From the NCBI GenBank assembly GCA_017416425.1, contig JAFQCL010000021.1:32747-96746 (forward strand): a DNA stretch of 64,000 bases, given 5' to 3'. The position numbers and the translations under genes are program-made. The notes under the pieces were generated by a model. That model saw nothing but the letters and a program-made list of their open reading frames with translations, ran no database searches and had not been told where the DNA came from. The DNA comes from Clostridia bacterium (GTDB lineage: Bacteria > Bacillota > Clostridia > Christensenellales > CAG-138). This document shows positions 9,317 to 19,473 of this stretch, one piece after another (the first letter of the stretch is position 1; the number at the start of each line of letters is the position of its first letter).

Positions 9317-10513
9317 TTAGTTATTTCTGGCGTTGTAGGCCTTTATACCCAGAGCTAAAAGATCCATCGCGCGCTCAAGCTTTTCCTGCTTTAATACATA
9401 AGCGATACGTATCTCATTGCTGCCCTTGCCGGGAGTTGCATAGAATCCATCGCCGGGTGCGAACATTACGGTCTCGCCATTATCCTCAAAATCGGTGAGG
9501 AGCCACTTTTGGAAATTGTCTGCGCTGTCTACTGGAAGCTTTGCCATTAGGTAAAATGCTCCCTTGGGCTCGGAGCATACGACACCGGGTATATCATGAA
9601 GTTTTTTTACACAGGTGTCACGGCGAAGCTTATATTCTTCGCGAACCGCGTCAAAATAGCTGCCATCAACGCTATAAAGCGCTGCGGAGGCTATCTGGTC
9701 GAGCGTTGCTACGGAGAGCCTTGCCTGACAGAATTTCAAAAGCTGCTGCATTAGAGCCTTATTCTTGGATATGATAGTTCCTATTCTCGCGCCACACGCG
9801 CTGAAACGCTTGGATACGGAGTCGATAATGATTGCGTTATCCTCAATACCGGCTATTTGACCTATGCTCATAAGGGGCTCACCGCCGTATACGAATTCAC
9901 GGTATACCTCATCTCCAATCAGATAAAGATCATGCTCCTTTGCTATATCTGCAAGCATGCGGAGCTCATCATGGGTGAGCACAGCGCCTGTTGGGTTGCC
10001 TGGATTTGTAAACATGATAGCCCTTGTATTTTCATTTATAAGAGCTTCGATCTTTTCACGGTCAGCATAATGATAGCCCTCTTCGGGGGTGGTGGTCAGG
10101 GGACATATCACGCCGCCCGCGGAGCGTACAAAGGTGTTGTAGTTGGGATAAAAAGGTTCAGGTATTATTACTTCGCTGCCATTATCAAGGATCGAGAGCA
10201 TGAGCATCTGAAGCGCTTCGCTGCCGCCTGTTGTAATGAGTATCTCATCCTGCTGATAATCAATGCCTATATTAGCATAATATTTTTGAATCTCATGGAT
10301 AAGCTTAGGTATACCGGGTGACGGTGCGTATTCAAGTACATCCTGCTCAAAATTTCGTATGGCGTTAAAGAATGCAGGGGGAGTTTCGATATCGGGCTGG
10401 CCAATATTCAGGTGATAAATTTTGCGTCCACGCTTAACGGCATCAACGGCATACGGGTGAAACTTCCTCATCGGTGATAGATTACAAAGCTGAACCTTGT
10501 CCGAAAGCTTCAT
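9317..10513 (-). CDS. PLP-dependent class I/II aminotransferase (aspartate aminotransferase-like)
   Basis: LNIGQPD, NPGNPTG, DEVYREF, SVSKRFSACGARIG. Confidence 0.92.
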   Translation of the reverse strand: MKLSDKVQLCNLSPMRKFHPYAVDAVKRGRKIYHLNIGQPDIETPPAFFNAIRNFEQDVLEYAPSPGIPKLIHEIQKYYANIGIDYQQDEILITTGGSEALQMLMLSILDNGSEVIIPEPFYPNYNTFVRSAGGVICPLTTTPEEGYHYADREKIEALINENTRAIMFTNPGNPTGAVLTHDELRMLADIAKEHDLYLIGDEVYREFVYGGEPLMSIGQIAGIEDNAIIIDSVSKRFSACGARIGTIISKNKALMQQLLKFCQARLSVATLDQIASAALYSVDGSYFDAVREEYKLRRDTCVKKLHDIPGVVCSEPKGAFYLMAKLPVDSADNFQKWLLTDFEDNGETVMFAPGDGFYATPGKGSNEIRIAYVLKQEKLERAMDLLALGIKAYNARNN

Positions 10514-10718
10514 TATTTAATTCCTCCAGATAAAACGATAATTGGTTGTGCATAATTATTTACGCATATCAATAATAGTATAACGCCTTTTACCTGACCT
10601 CGTCAAACATAAGATTCATTTTTTTGCGGAATACTGTAATATATTAGAGAGAAAAATAAAATGCCTACGGCTTTTATAAACCGCAAGCATTTAATAGCTG
10701 TTTGCTCTGCTTTACTAT

Positions 10719-12230
10719 TTACCTGATAGGCCCATATGTCTGCTTATCCTTAAGCACGACATCGTGTGCGCCGCCTTCGGTGATGCTTGCGGATGACACA
10801 AGCGTGAGCTTTGCGTTTTTGCGAAGCTCCTCAAGTGTAAGAGCACCGCAGTTGCACATCGTGGAGCGCACTTTATTGAGGGTGAGCACAACATTGTCAT
10901 GTAAGCTTCCGGCATAGGGAACATAGGAGTCAACTCCCTCCTCAAATGAGAGCTTGCTTGCTCCGCCCATGTCATAGCGCTGCCAGTTTCGGGCTCTTGA
11001 GGAGCCTTCGCCCCAATATTCCTTCATATAATTGCCGTTTACGATCACACGGTTTGTGGGACTTTCGTCAAACCTTGCGAAGTATCTTCCAAGCATACAG
11101 AAATCGGCGCCCATAGCAAGCGCAAGTGTGATGTGATAGTCCATTACGATGCCGCCATCGGAGCAGATCGGGATATAAACTCCGGTCTCTTCAAAGTATT
11201 CATCCCGCGCTTTTGCGATCTCAAGAACAGCGGTGGCCTGACCACGGCCTATGCCTTTAGTCTCGCGGGTTATGCATATGGAGCCGCCCCCGATACCGAC
11301 CTTTATAAAATCAGCGCCCGCATCGGCAAGAAATCTAAAGCCATCCTTATCAACAACATTTCCCGCTCCCACCTTAACGCTGTCGCCATAGCGCTCGCGT
11401 ATGAAATCGATCGTGATCTTCTGCCATTCGGTGAAGCCTTCTGAGGAATCAATGCAAAGCACATCCACGCCTGCGTCAACAAGCGCAGGAACACGCTCGG
11501 CATAGTCGCGCGTATTGATACCCGCGCCTACAACATAGCGCTTATGGTTATCCAGCAGCTCAAGCGGATTTTCCTTGTGGGTATCGTAGTCCTTTCTGAA
11601 AACAAAGGCCACCATATTGCCATCTTTGTCGATAATGGGAAGCGCATTTAGCTTATGATCCCAGATTATGTCGTTGGCTTCCTTAAGGGATACGCCCTCA
11701 TAAGCGAATACAAGGCGCTCCATGGGCATCATAAAGTCCGCTACCTTTGTATCAAGATCCATGCGGCTTACCCTATAGTCGCGGCTGGTGATTATTCCGC
11801 AAAGCTTTCCCGTGGGGGCGCCATCATGGGTTACGGCAACGGTCGTATGCCCTGTGCGCTCACGAAGAGCCAGCACGTCCGCGAGTGTATTTTCGGGGGT
11901 AAGGTTGGAGTCGCTGACGGAGAAGCCGGCTTTATATTTTTTAACACGCCGAACCATATCCGCCTGGCTTTCTATAGACTGAGAGCCATATATGAATGAG
12001 ACTCCGCCTTCCCTTGCAAGCGCGACAGCGAGCGTATCATTCGATACAGACTGCATTATCGCGGATACCATGGGTATATTCATAGTTATCGGCGGTTGCT
12101 CGCCTCTTTTAAATTTACATAGCGGTGTTTTAAGAGATGTGTTTGCCGGTATGCAGTCCTTTGAGGAATAGCCCGGAACGAGCAGATATTCTCCAAAAGT
12201 ACGCGAGGGTTCATCAAAAATAAATGTCAT
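10719..12230 (-). CDS. guaB: IMP dehydrogenase with CBS domains
   Basis: [22 protein letters not shown] catalytic loop, [15 protein letters not shown]; SD before ATG 12230. Confidence 0.95.
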   Translation of the reverse strand: MTFIFDEPSRTFGEYLLVPGYSSKDCIPANTSLKTPLCKFKRGEQPPITMNIPMVSAIMQSVSNDTLAVALAREGGVSFIYGSQSIESQADMVRRVKKYKAGFSVSDSNLTPENTLADVLALRERTGHTTVAVTHDGAPTGKLCGIITSRDYRVSRMDLDTKVADFMMPMERLVFAYEGVSLKEANDIIWDHKLNALPIIDKDGNMVAFVFRKDYDTHKENPLELLDNHKRYVVGAGINTRDYAERVPALVDAGVDVLCIDSSEGFTEWQKITIDFIRERYGDSVKVGAGNVVDKDGFRFLADAGADFIKVGIGGGSICITRETKGIGRGQATAVLEIAKARDEYFEETGVYIPICSDGGIVMDYHITLALAMGADFCMLGRYFARFDESPTNRVIVNGNYMKEYWGEGSSRARNWQRYDMGGASKLSFEEGVDSYVPYAGSLHDNVVLTLNKVRSTMCNCGALTLEELRKNAKLTLVSSASITEGGAHDVVLKDKQTYGPIR

Positions 12231-12248
12231 AAGCAACTCCTTTCAACT

Positions 12249-13091
12249 TTAATTTTGAGCGTTGCTGCGCATCGCCGCAACGATCGTATTTTGCATAAGC
12301 ATAGCTATTGTCATCGGTCCTACTCCGCCGGGCACCTTTGTTATGTACTCGGCCTTAGGTTCTACGGAATCAAAATCTACATCGCCGCATAAGCTACCAT
12401 CCGCATTGCGGTTTATGCCGACATCGATAACGGTTACGCCATTCTTTACCATATCGCCCGTTATAAATCTGGGCTTTCCTATGGCGACAACAAGTATATC
12501 GGCCCTTCTTGTGATATCAATAAGATTTTTAGTCTTTGAATGACACACGGTCACGGTGCCATCGTTTAAAAGCAGAAGCAGCGCCATGGGTTTTCCGACT
12601 ATGTTGCTTCTTCCGAGTACGACGCAGTTTTTGCCCTTTATATCGATATTTTCGGAGGCAAGAAGCTCAATGACACCTTGAGGTGTGCAGGGGGCTATAT
12701 CATTTCTGTCAAAGCCTATCCTCGCCGAGAAGCCGTCTACATCCTTACCTTCGTCAATGGCTCTTAAGATGCTTTTTTCGTTTATATGGCGGGGAAGCGG
12801 CAGTTGGCACAGAATCCCATGTACGCTGCTGTCGGCATTCAGTTTTTTTATAAGCAGGATCAGTTCCTCTTCCGTGGTCGATTCGGGAAGAGAGAAGCGC
12901 CTTGATATAATACCGACCTTTTCGCAGGCAGCCTGCTTATTTTTTACGTAAACCAGCGATGCGGGATCCTCACCGACTATTATAACGGCAAGGCAGGGGG
13001 AGATGCCCCTTTCTTTAAGAAACGCCGTCTGCTCCTTGACTCTGTTTAGGACGTCTTTTGCTACTTTTCTTCCGTTTATGATCTTTCCCAT
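12249..13091 (-). CDS. folD: Methylenetetrahydrofolate dehydrogenase/cyclohydrolase
   Basis: KDVDGF, PCTPQG, GRSNIVGKP, VPGGVGPMT. Confidence 0.97.
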   Translation of the reverse strand: MGKIINGRKVAKDVLNRVKEQTAFLKERGISPCLAVIIVGEDPASLVYVKNKQAACEKVGIISRRFSLPESTTEEELILLIKKLNADSSVHGILCQLPLPRHINEKSILRAIDEGKDVDGFSARIGFDRNDIAPCTPQGVIELLASENIDIKGKNCVVLGRSNIVGKPMALLLLLNDGTVTVCHSKTKNLIDITRRADILVVAIGKPRFITGDMVKNGVTVIDVGINRNADGSLCGDVDFDSVEPKAEYITKVPGGVGPMTIAMLMQNTIVAAMRSNAQN

Positions 13092-13124
13092 AGCGTACCA
13101 AAAATCCTTTCCGCATTCAACTGC

Positions 13125-16100
13125 TTATTTGAAATATTCTACGGCCGAACGGAATATCCCTATGTCATAATTGCCATAGACATTTTTATACAGCGTAGTT
13201 GCCGTTCGTTCGCTGTGACCCATCTTGCCAAATATTCTGCCATCGGGGGAGAGTATGCCCTCAACAGCACCGATCGAGCCGTTTGGATTATAGCGTATAT
13301 CCATTGTGGGAATGTTATTTTCATCCACATATTGGGTGGCTATCTGTCCGTTACTGGAAAGCCTTAAAAGCTCATCCTCGCTGCATATGAAGCGTCCTTC
13401 GCCATGCGATATCGGCACAGAGAATACATCGCCCACGGATGCGCCCATAAGCCAGGGGGACTTATTTGAAGCGACCCTGGTTTTTACTATCATGGACTGA
13501 TGGCGGGATATGCGGTTATAGGTAAGCGTGGGGCAATGCTCCGTGGTATCGATTATTTCACCATAGGGAACAAGCCCAAGCTTTATGAGCGCCTGAAAAC
13601 CGTTGCATATGCCAAGCATAAGTCCGTCACGCTGCTTTAAGAGCCTGTGTACCTCGTCCTTAATGGCGCCGTTTCTGAAGAATGCCGTTATGAATTTACC
13701 TGAACCGTCCGGTTCATCGCCGCCCGAGAAACCGCCGGGTATCATTATTATCTGAGACTGCGAAATGCGCTTTGCAAATTCACGCACCGAATCCGAAACA
13801 TCATCCGGGCGGAGATTTTTGATCACGAATACTTCAGGTGAAGCGCCCGCCTGCCTCATGGCCTTTGCGGAATCGTATTCGCAGTTCGTGCCCGGAAATA
13901 CCGGTATAAGAACCCTTGGGGAAGCGCATGATACGCTTGCCTTACAGGGCGCATCGTGAACATAGCTGAATAAACGGGGAGTTCCCTCCTGCTTTACATC
14001 GTTACATGTATATATGGGCTCAAGCTTTCCTTCATATTCACAAAGAAGTTTTGAGAGCGATACGCTGTCCCTGTTAAGGCTTATCTCATCCTTATCGGTT
14101 ATCTGTCCGAGCTTTCTTCCGACTATGGTATCATCTGTAAGTTCAAGCACGAATGAGCCGTATGAGTAGTCGAAGATATCATTTAAAGCCAAATCATCAT
14201 CATATCTAAAGCCAAGCATGTTGCCAAAGCACATCTTCATAACGGCTTCAGCGACACCGCCGATGGTGGGGGTATATGCCGAGATCACCTTACCGCTTCG
14301 GATAAGCTCTGTTACAGTGCTAAACACCGATAGAAGCGACTCGGTAACCGGCAGACCCTGCTCATCGTATAAAGGAGCGATATGGCAAACCGTATTGCCG
14401 GCCCTTTTAAATTCAGGCGATATAACTTCGTTTGCATTTCCCGTTGTTACGGCAAATGAAACGAGCGTCGGCGGTACATTCAGGTTTTCAAAGGTACCGC
14501 TCATGGAATCCTTTCCGCCTATAGCCGCAATCTTAAGCTCCATTTGAGCCATGAAAGCGCCAAGCAGCGCGGCAAAGGGCAGACCCCAGCGCTTTTCATC
14601 GCGCTTGAGCTTTAAAAAGTATTCCTGGAAGGTCAGATAAACATCCGAGAAGCTCGCGCCTGTGGCGATAAGCTTTGATACGGATTCTATAACGGCAAGA
14701 TACGCGCTGTGATAGGGACTTTTTTCCGCTATATAGGGATTATAGCCGTAGGACATAAAGGAGCAGGTATCCGTGGTATCGTTTTCAACGGGTATCAGAT
14801 GCACCATGGACTGTATGGGTGTGTTCTGATATTTACCGCCAAAGGGCATCAAAACGGTACCTGAACCGATCGTAGAGTCAAACCTTTCGGAAAGTCCGCG
14901 CCTTGAGCAGCATGAAAGGCTCTTTGCAAGCTTAGTGTAGCCCTCATGAAAATCGGTTTCAATGGGCTTTTTATAGCTCTCGGGCGCCTTGGGAGCTATA
15001 ATGATATGTTTTGAAGCTCCGTTTGAATTTAAGAATTCCCTTGAAAGATCGACTATGCGCTTACCGTTCCAGTTTAAAATAAGACGCTTTTCTTCAGTAA
15101 CAGCAGCAACGACTGTGGCTTCAAGATTTTCCGAAAGAGCAAGCTCAAGGAAACGTTCAACATCCATTGGATCAACTACGACAGCCATGCGCTCCTGAGA
15201 TTCGCTTATCGCAAGTTCTGTGCCGTCAAGGCCTTCATATTTTTTCGGAACTTTGTTAAGGTCTATTATAAGTCCGTCTGCAAGCTCGCCTATGGCAACG
15301 GATACTCCGCCCGCGCCAAAGTCGTTGCAGCGTTTTATAAGCCTTGAGGCTTCGGGCTTCCTGAAAAGCCTTTGCAGCTTGCGCTCTTCTGGCGCGTTTC
15401 CCTTTTGCACCTCAGCTCCGCAGGTCGTGAGCGACTCTACGGTATGCGACTTTGATGATCCGGTAGCGCCGCCGCAGCCGTCCCTTCCGGTCCTTCCGCC
15501 GATCAGTATAACGGCATCGCCCGGCACGGGGGATTCCCTTCGAACGTTTTCCCTGGGAGCCGCCGCGATGACAGCGCCTATCTCCATGCGCTTTGCCGCG
15601 TAGCCGGGATGATATAATTCATCCACAAGACCGGTAGCAATGCCTATCTGATTGCCGTATGAGCTGTAACCGTTTGCCGCCGTGGTGACTATCTTCCTTT
15701 GGGGAAGTTTGCCGGGTATAGTATCCTCTATGGGGGTGAGGGGGTCTGCCGCGCCCGTTACTCGCATGGCCGCGTAAACATATGAACGCCCCGAAAGCGG
15801 ATCCCTTATAGCGCCGCCGACGCATGTAGCAGCGCCTCCGAAGGGTTCTATCTCGGTGGGGTGGTTATGTGTTTCGTTTTTAAATAAAAGCAGCCAATCT
15901 TCATCGCCTTTTGAGGTTTGAACCTTGATTTTTACGGTACAGGCGTTTATCTCATCGGATTCATCAAGCCCATCGAGCATGCCATTCACCTTAAGATGCT
16001 TTGTCGCGATGGTCGCTATATCCATAAGACATATGGGCTTATTTCGGGAAAGCTCGTCTCGTGTAGCAAGATACCGCTCATAGGCTGCCTCAAGCAGGGG

Positions 16101-16817
16101 GTCTTCGAATTTCACATCATCTATTATGGTATTGAATGTGGTATGTCTGCAATGATCCGACCAGTAGGTATCTATCATCTTTATTTCGGTGATGGTTGGA
16201 TTTCTGTTTTCCGACACGAAATAATCTTTGCAGAATCTTATGTCATCGATATCCATGGCAAGCCCAAGCTTTGAAATGAGCGAGGAAAGCGCCTCATCAT
16301 CCATATCAATAAAGCCCTCCATGGTATCAACGTCCGTGGGAAGCTCATATCGCATGGAAAGCGTATCATATGGAAGAAGTGTTGCCTCTCTGCTTTCTAC
16401 CGGATTGATTATGTGTTTTTTTATGCGTAAAATATCCGAGGAAGAAAGCTCGCCCTTAAGCAGATACACCTTTGCGGAGCGCACAAGGGGCTTATCGCTT
16501 TTAGATATGAGCTGTATGCACTGCGCGGCACTGTCCGCGCGCTGGTCAAACTGACCGGGCAGATATTCGACTGCGAAGATCTCATAGCCGCTCATATCGT
16601 TTATATTAAAGTACACAATATCGGTTGCGGGCTCTGAGAATACCGTTTTACACGCATAGGAAAACAGCTCATCATCTATATTTTCAATATCATAGCGGTT
16701 TAGAATGCGAAGCTCGCTAAGCCCCTTTATGCCAAAAAGCGTTCTTATATCGGCGGCTAAAGAAGCGGCTTCGGCCGCGAAGTCGGCCTTTTTTTCAACA
16801 TATACTCTGTAAACCAT
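13125..16817 (-). CDS. purL: Phosphoribosylformylglycinamidine synthase (large fused type); alternative in-frame ATG 16829
   Basis: YWSDHCRH, KNETHNHPTEIEPFGGAAT, DFGAGG, C-terminal glutaminase GICNGFQ and GHSER. Confidence 0.97.
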   Translation of the reverse strand: MVYRVYVEKKADFAAEAASLAADIRTLFGIKGLSELRILNRYDIENIDDELFSYACKTVFSEPATDIVYFNINDMSGYEIFAVEYLPGQFDQRADSAAQCIQLISKSDKPLVRSAKVYLLKGELSSSDILRIKKHIINPVESREATLLPYDTLSMRYELPTDVDTMEGFIDMDDEALSSLISKLGLAMDIDDIRFCKDYFVSENRNPTITEIKMIDTYWSDHCRHTTFNTIIDDVKFEDPLLEAAYERYLATRDELSRNKPICLMDIATIATKHLKVNGMLDGLDESDEINACTVKIKVQTSKGDEDWLLLFKNETHNHPTEIEPFGGAATCVGGAIRDPLSGRSYVYAAMRVTGAADPLTPIEDTIPGKLPQRKIVTTAANGYSSYGNQIGIATGLVDELYHPGYAAKRMEIGAVIAAAPRENVRRESPVPGDAVILIGGRTGRDGCGGATGSSKSHTVESLTTCGAEVQKGNAPEERKLQRLFRKPEASRLIKRCNDFGAGGVSVAIGELADGLIIDLNKVPKKYEGLDGTELAISESQERMAVVVDPMDVERFLELALSENLEATVVAAVTEEKRLILNWNGKRIVDLSREFLNSNGASKHIIIAPKAPESYKKPIETDFHEGYTKLAKSLSCCSRRGLSERFDSTIGSGTVLMPFGGKYQNTPIQSMVHLIPVENDTTDTCSFMSYGYNPYIAEKSPYHSAYLAVIESVSKLIATGASFSDVYLTFQEYFLKLKRDEKRWGLPFAALLGAFMAQMELKIAAIGGKDSMSGTFENLNVPPTLVSFAVTTGNANEVISPEFKRAGNTVCHIAPLYDEQGLPVTESLLSVFSTVTELIRSGKVISAYTPTIGGVAEAVMKMCFGNMLGFRYDDDLALNDIFDYSYGSFVLELTDDTIVGRKLGQITDKDEISLNRDSVSLSKLLCEYEGKLEPIYTCNDVKQEGTPRLFSYVHDAPCKASVSCASPRVLIPVFPGTNCEYDSAKAMRQAGASPEVFVIKNLRPDDVSDSVREFAKRISQSQIIMIPGGFSGGDEPDGSGKFITAFFRNGAIKDEVHRLLKQRDGLMLGICNGFQALIKLGLVPYGEIIDTTEHCPTLTYNRISRHQSMIVKTRVASNKSPWLMGASVGDVFSVPISHGEGRFICSEDELLRLSSNGQIATQYVDENNIPTMDIRYNPNGSIGAVEGILSPDGRIFGKMGHSERTATTLYKNVYGNYDIGIFRSAVEYFK

Positions 16818-16920
16818 AATTACGACCATAGCTTTCATACAGCGAAAATCACAGGATTTCGCTGGGCGAAAGCTTCCTTTCTTGTGGAATTGGGACTGAT
16901 TGAAAATTTGTTTTCAAACT
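16818..16920 (-). repeat. Start-codon-adjacent structured element, copy B (fills the entire purD-purL gap)
   Basis: AGTTTGAAAACAAATTTTCAATCAGTCCCAATTCCACAAGAAAGGAAGCTTTCG...GAAAGCTATGGTCGTAATT-ATG. Confidence 0.9.
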
Positions 16921-18183
16921 TCACCTTAGGGCATTTAACGCGGCGCTTCCTATATCACGCCTGAAGTATGCGTTTTTAAAATGGGTCTTTTCTGTCGCGT
17001 CATAGGCCTTCTTAATAGCGGCTTCAAGAGTATCTGCCGTTGCCGTAACGCCAAGAACGCGCCCTCCCGCTGTGAGAAGCTTTCCGTCATCAAGCCTTGC
17101 GCCTGCTATAAACACGTTTACATCCGAGTCTGGGAGAGTTATTTCAAAGCCGGACTCATATTTTGAAGGATATCCGCTTGATGCCATTATAACACAGCAG
17201 GCATGCTTATTTGAAAAACGCACATCCGCATCTGAAAGGCGCTCATCCCGCACGGCACGCATTATATCAAAAAGATCGGTCTCAAGAAGACTCAAAACAA
17301 CCTGAGTCTCCGGGTCTCCGAACCTGCAATTATATTCGATCACCATGGGGCCCTTATTTGTAAGCATGAGACCGAAATAAAGGCAGCCTTTAAAGGGTCT
17401 TCCCTCGGCATTCATGGCATTCATGGTTGGGAGGAATATCGTTTCCATGCAGGTTTTTGCGATATCCTCCGTATAATAGGGGTTGGGGGCTATGGTTCCC
17501 ATTCCGCCGGTATTAAGACCGGTATCACCCTCTCCGATGCGCTTATGATCCATCGAGGACACCATGGGCACTATCGTTTTTCCATCGGTAAAAGTAAGCA
17601 CCGACACTTCGGGTCCGGTTAAAAATTCTTCGATAACGATACGCCTGCCGCTTGCGCCAAAAGCGCCATCCTCCAGCATGGATATTATGGCGTTTTCGGC
17701 TTTTTGATGGGTATTTGCTATAATAACGCCCTTTCCGAGCGCAAGACCATCCGCTTTTATTACGATGGGAAGGGGCTTATCCTTTATGTACTCAAGCGCC
17801 GCTTCCGTATCGCAAAATACCTCATAAGCAGCGGTAGGGATGGCGTATTTTTTCATAAGCGCCTTTGCGAATGCTTTGCTGCTTTCGATCTCGGCGGCCG
17901 CCTTATAAGGTCCAAAAGCGGGTATACCCATGGCCTCAAGCGCATCGACAGCGCCGAGCGCCAAAGGATCATCGGGCGTTACTACGGCAAAGCCTATGTC
18001 GTTTTTTGCCGCAAATTCAGTGATCTTTTCGATATCGGTGGCCTTTATGGGGATACAGGTGGCTTCCTTGGCCATTCCGCCGTTTCCCGGGAGCACAAAT
18101 ATCTCCTCTATCGTATCATTTTCAAGAAGCTTTTTTACGATGGCGTGCTCTCTGCCTCCGCTGCCTATTACCATGATCTTCAT
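16921..18183 (-). CDS. purD: Phosphoribosylamine-glycine ligase
   Basis: GSGGREHA, KADGLALGKGV, NTGGMG, EYNCRFGDPE. Confidence 0.98.
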   Translation of the reverse strand: MKIMVIGSGGREHAIVKKLLENDTIEEIFVLPGNGGMAKEATCIPIKATDIEKITEFAAKNDIGFAVVTPDDPLALGAVDALEAMGIPAFGPYKAAAEIESSKAFAKALMKKYAIPTAAYEVFCDTEAALEYIKDKPLPIVIKADGLALGKGVIIANTHQKAENAIISMLEDGAFGASGRRIVIEEFLTGPEVSVLTFTDGKTIVPMVSSMDHKRIGEGDTGLNTGGMGTIAPNPYYTEDIAKTCMETIFLPTMNAMNAEGRPFKGCLYFGLMLTNKGPMVIEYNCRFGDPETQVVLSLLETDLFDIMRAVRDERLSDADVRFSNKHACCVIMASSGYPSKYESGFEITLPDSDVNVFIAGARLDDGKLLTAGGRVLGVTATADTLEAAIKKAYDATEKTHFKNAYFRRDIGSAALNALR

Positions 18184-18205
18184 AATAGTTTAAACTCCTG
18201 TTAAA

Positions 18206-19390
18206 TTAATGGTGGAACAAACGCATGCCGGTCATGGCCATGGCGATATCAAACATATCGCAGCAGGCTATAACATCATCATCACGCAAAGAGCCTCCGG
18301 GCTGTGCTATATAGGATACCCCGCTCTTTGCGGCACGCTCTATATTGTCCGCAAATGGGAAGAAGGCGTCGCTTGCAAGGCATACGCCCGATATGCCGCC
18401 AAGGTACTCACGCTTTTCCTCGGACGTAAACGGGATGGGCTGAGCGGTAAAATATTTCTGCCACTGACCGTCTGCCGTGACATCCTCGGGACAGTCGGAT
18501 ACGAATACATCTATCACGTTATTTTTAACCGCTCTGTCAAGCTTATCTATAAATGGCAGGTTAAGCACTCTTTCATGCTGACGAAGGTGCCAGGCATCGG
18601 CTTTGCTTGCGGCAAGCCTTGTGCAGTGTATTCTGGACTGCTGACCTGCGCCTACGCCTATAGCCTGACCGTCATACGCGAAGCATACGGAATTTGACTG
18701 GGTATATTTAAGTGTAATGAGCGCGATAACAAGGTCACGCTTTTTGTCATCCGGGATATTTTTATTTGCGGTGACGACATTTGAAAGCAGCTTCTGGTTT
18801 ATTTCAAACTCATTTCTGCCCTGCTCAAATGTGATTCCAAACACCTGCTTACGCTCTATCGGCATAGGCTTATAGTCAGGGTCGATCTGAATGATATTGT
18901 AGCCGCCCTGCTTTTTCTTTGAAAGTATCTCAAGCGCCTTTTCACTGTATCCGGGCGCGATAACTCCGTCCGATACCTCACGCTTTATTATCCTTGCCGT
19001 TACTTCATCGCAAGGCTCGGATAATGCTATCCAGTCGCCGAAGGAGGACATGCGGTCGGTGCCTCTTGCCCTTGCGTAAGCGCAGGCGAGCGGAGATTCG
19101 TCAAGCCCCTTTATATCATCGACAAAGCATGCCTTTTTAAGCTTTTCATCAAGCGGGAGGCCTATTGCGGCAGAGGTCGGGCTTACGTGCTTAAAAGACG
19201 TTGCGGTGGGAAGACCGAGCGCCTTTTTTATCTCAAAAACAAGCTGCCAGCTATTTAGGGCGTCTAAAAAGTTTATATAGCCGGGTCTGCCGTTTAATAT
19301 CCGCAAAGGGAGTTCTTCTCCGTTTTCCATGAATATTCGTGCCGGCTTCTGGTTCGGATTACAGCCGTATTTAAGTTCAAATTCCTTCAT
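18206..19390 (-). CDS. purH: AICAR transformylase (PurH transformylase domain only)
   Basis: LKYGCNPNQ, SFKHVSP, KYTQSNSV, GAGQQSR, SDAFFPF, QPGGS, RLFHH; no N-terminal IMPCH domain. Confidence 0.93.
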   Translation of the reverse strand: MKEFELKYGCNPNQKPARIFMENGEELPLRILNGRPGYINFLDALNSWQLVFEIKKALGLPTATSFKHVSPTSAAIGLPLDEKLKKACFVDDIKGLDESPLACAYARARGTDRMSSFGDWIALSEPCDEVTARIIKREVSDGVIAPGYSEKALEILSKKKQGGYNIIQIDPDYKPMPIERKQVFGITFEQGRNEFEINQKLLSNVVTANKNIPDDKKRDLVIALITLKYTQSNSVCFAYDGQAIGVGAGQQSRIHCTRLAASKADAWHLRQHERVLNLPFIDKLDRAVKNNVIDVFVSDCPEDVTADGQWQKYFTAQPIPFTSEEKREYLGGISGVCLASDAFFPFADNIERAAKSGVSYIAQPGGSLRDDDVIACCDMFDIAMAMTGMRLFHH

Positions 19391-19473
19391 AAGTTCTGAC
19401 CATGACTTTTGCTGGGCAAAAGTTTCCTTTCTTGTGGAGTTGGGCTTGCGGCTTGAAAACTTATTTTCAAACT
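19391..19473 (-). repeat. Start-codon-adjacent structured element, copy C (fills the gap upstream of purH)
   Basis: AGTTTGAAAATAAGTTTTCAAGCCGCAAGCCCAACTCCACAAGAAAGGAAACTTTTGCCCAGCAAAAGTCATGGTCAGAACTT-ATG. Confidence 0.9.

Noticed and set aside
13092-13124. GAAAGGATTTTTGGTACGCT-ATG before folD as a minimal copy of the element
   Set aside because: Similarity is limited to an ordinary SD and TGGT; no hairpins or core.
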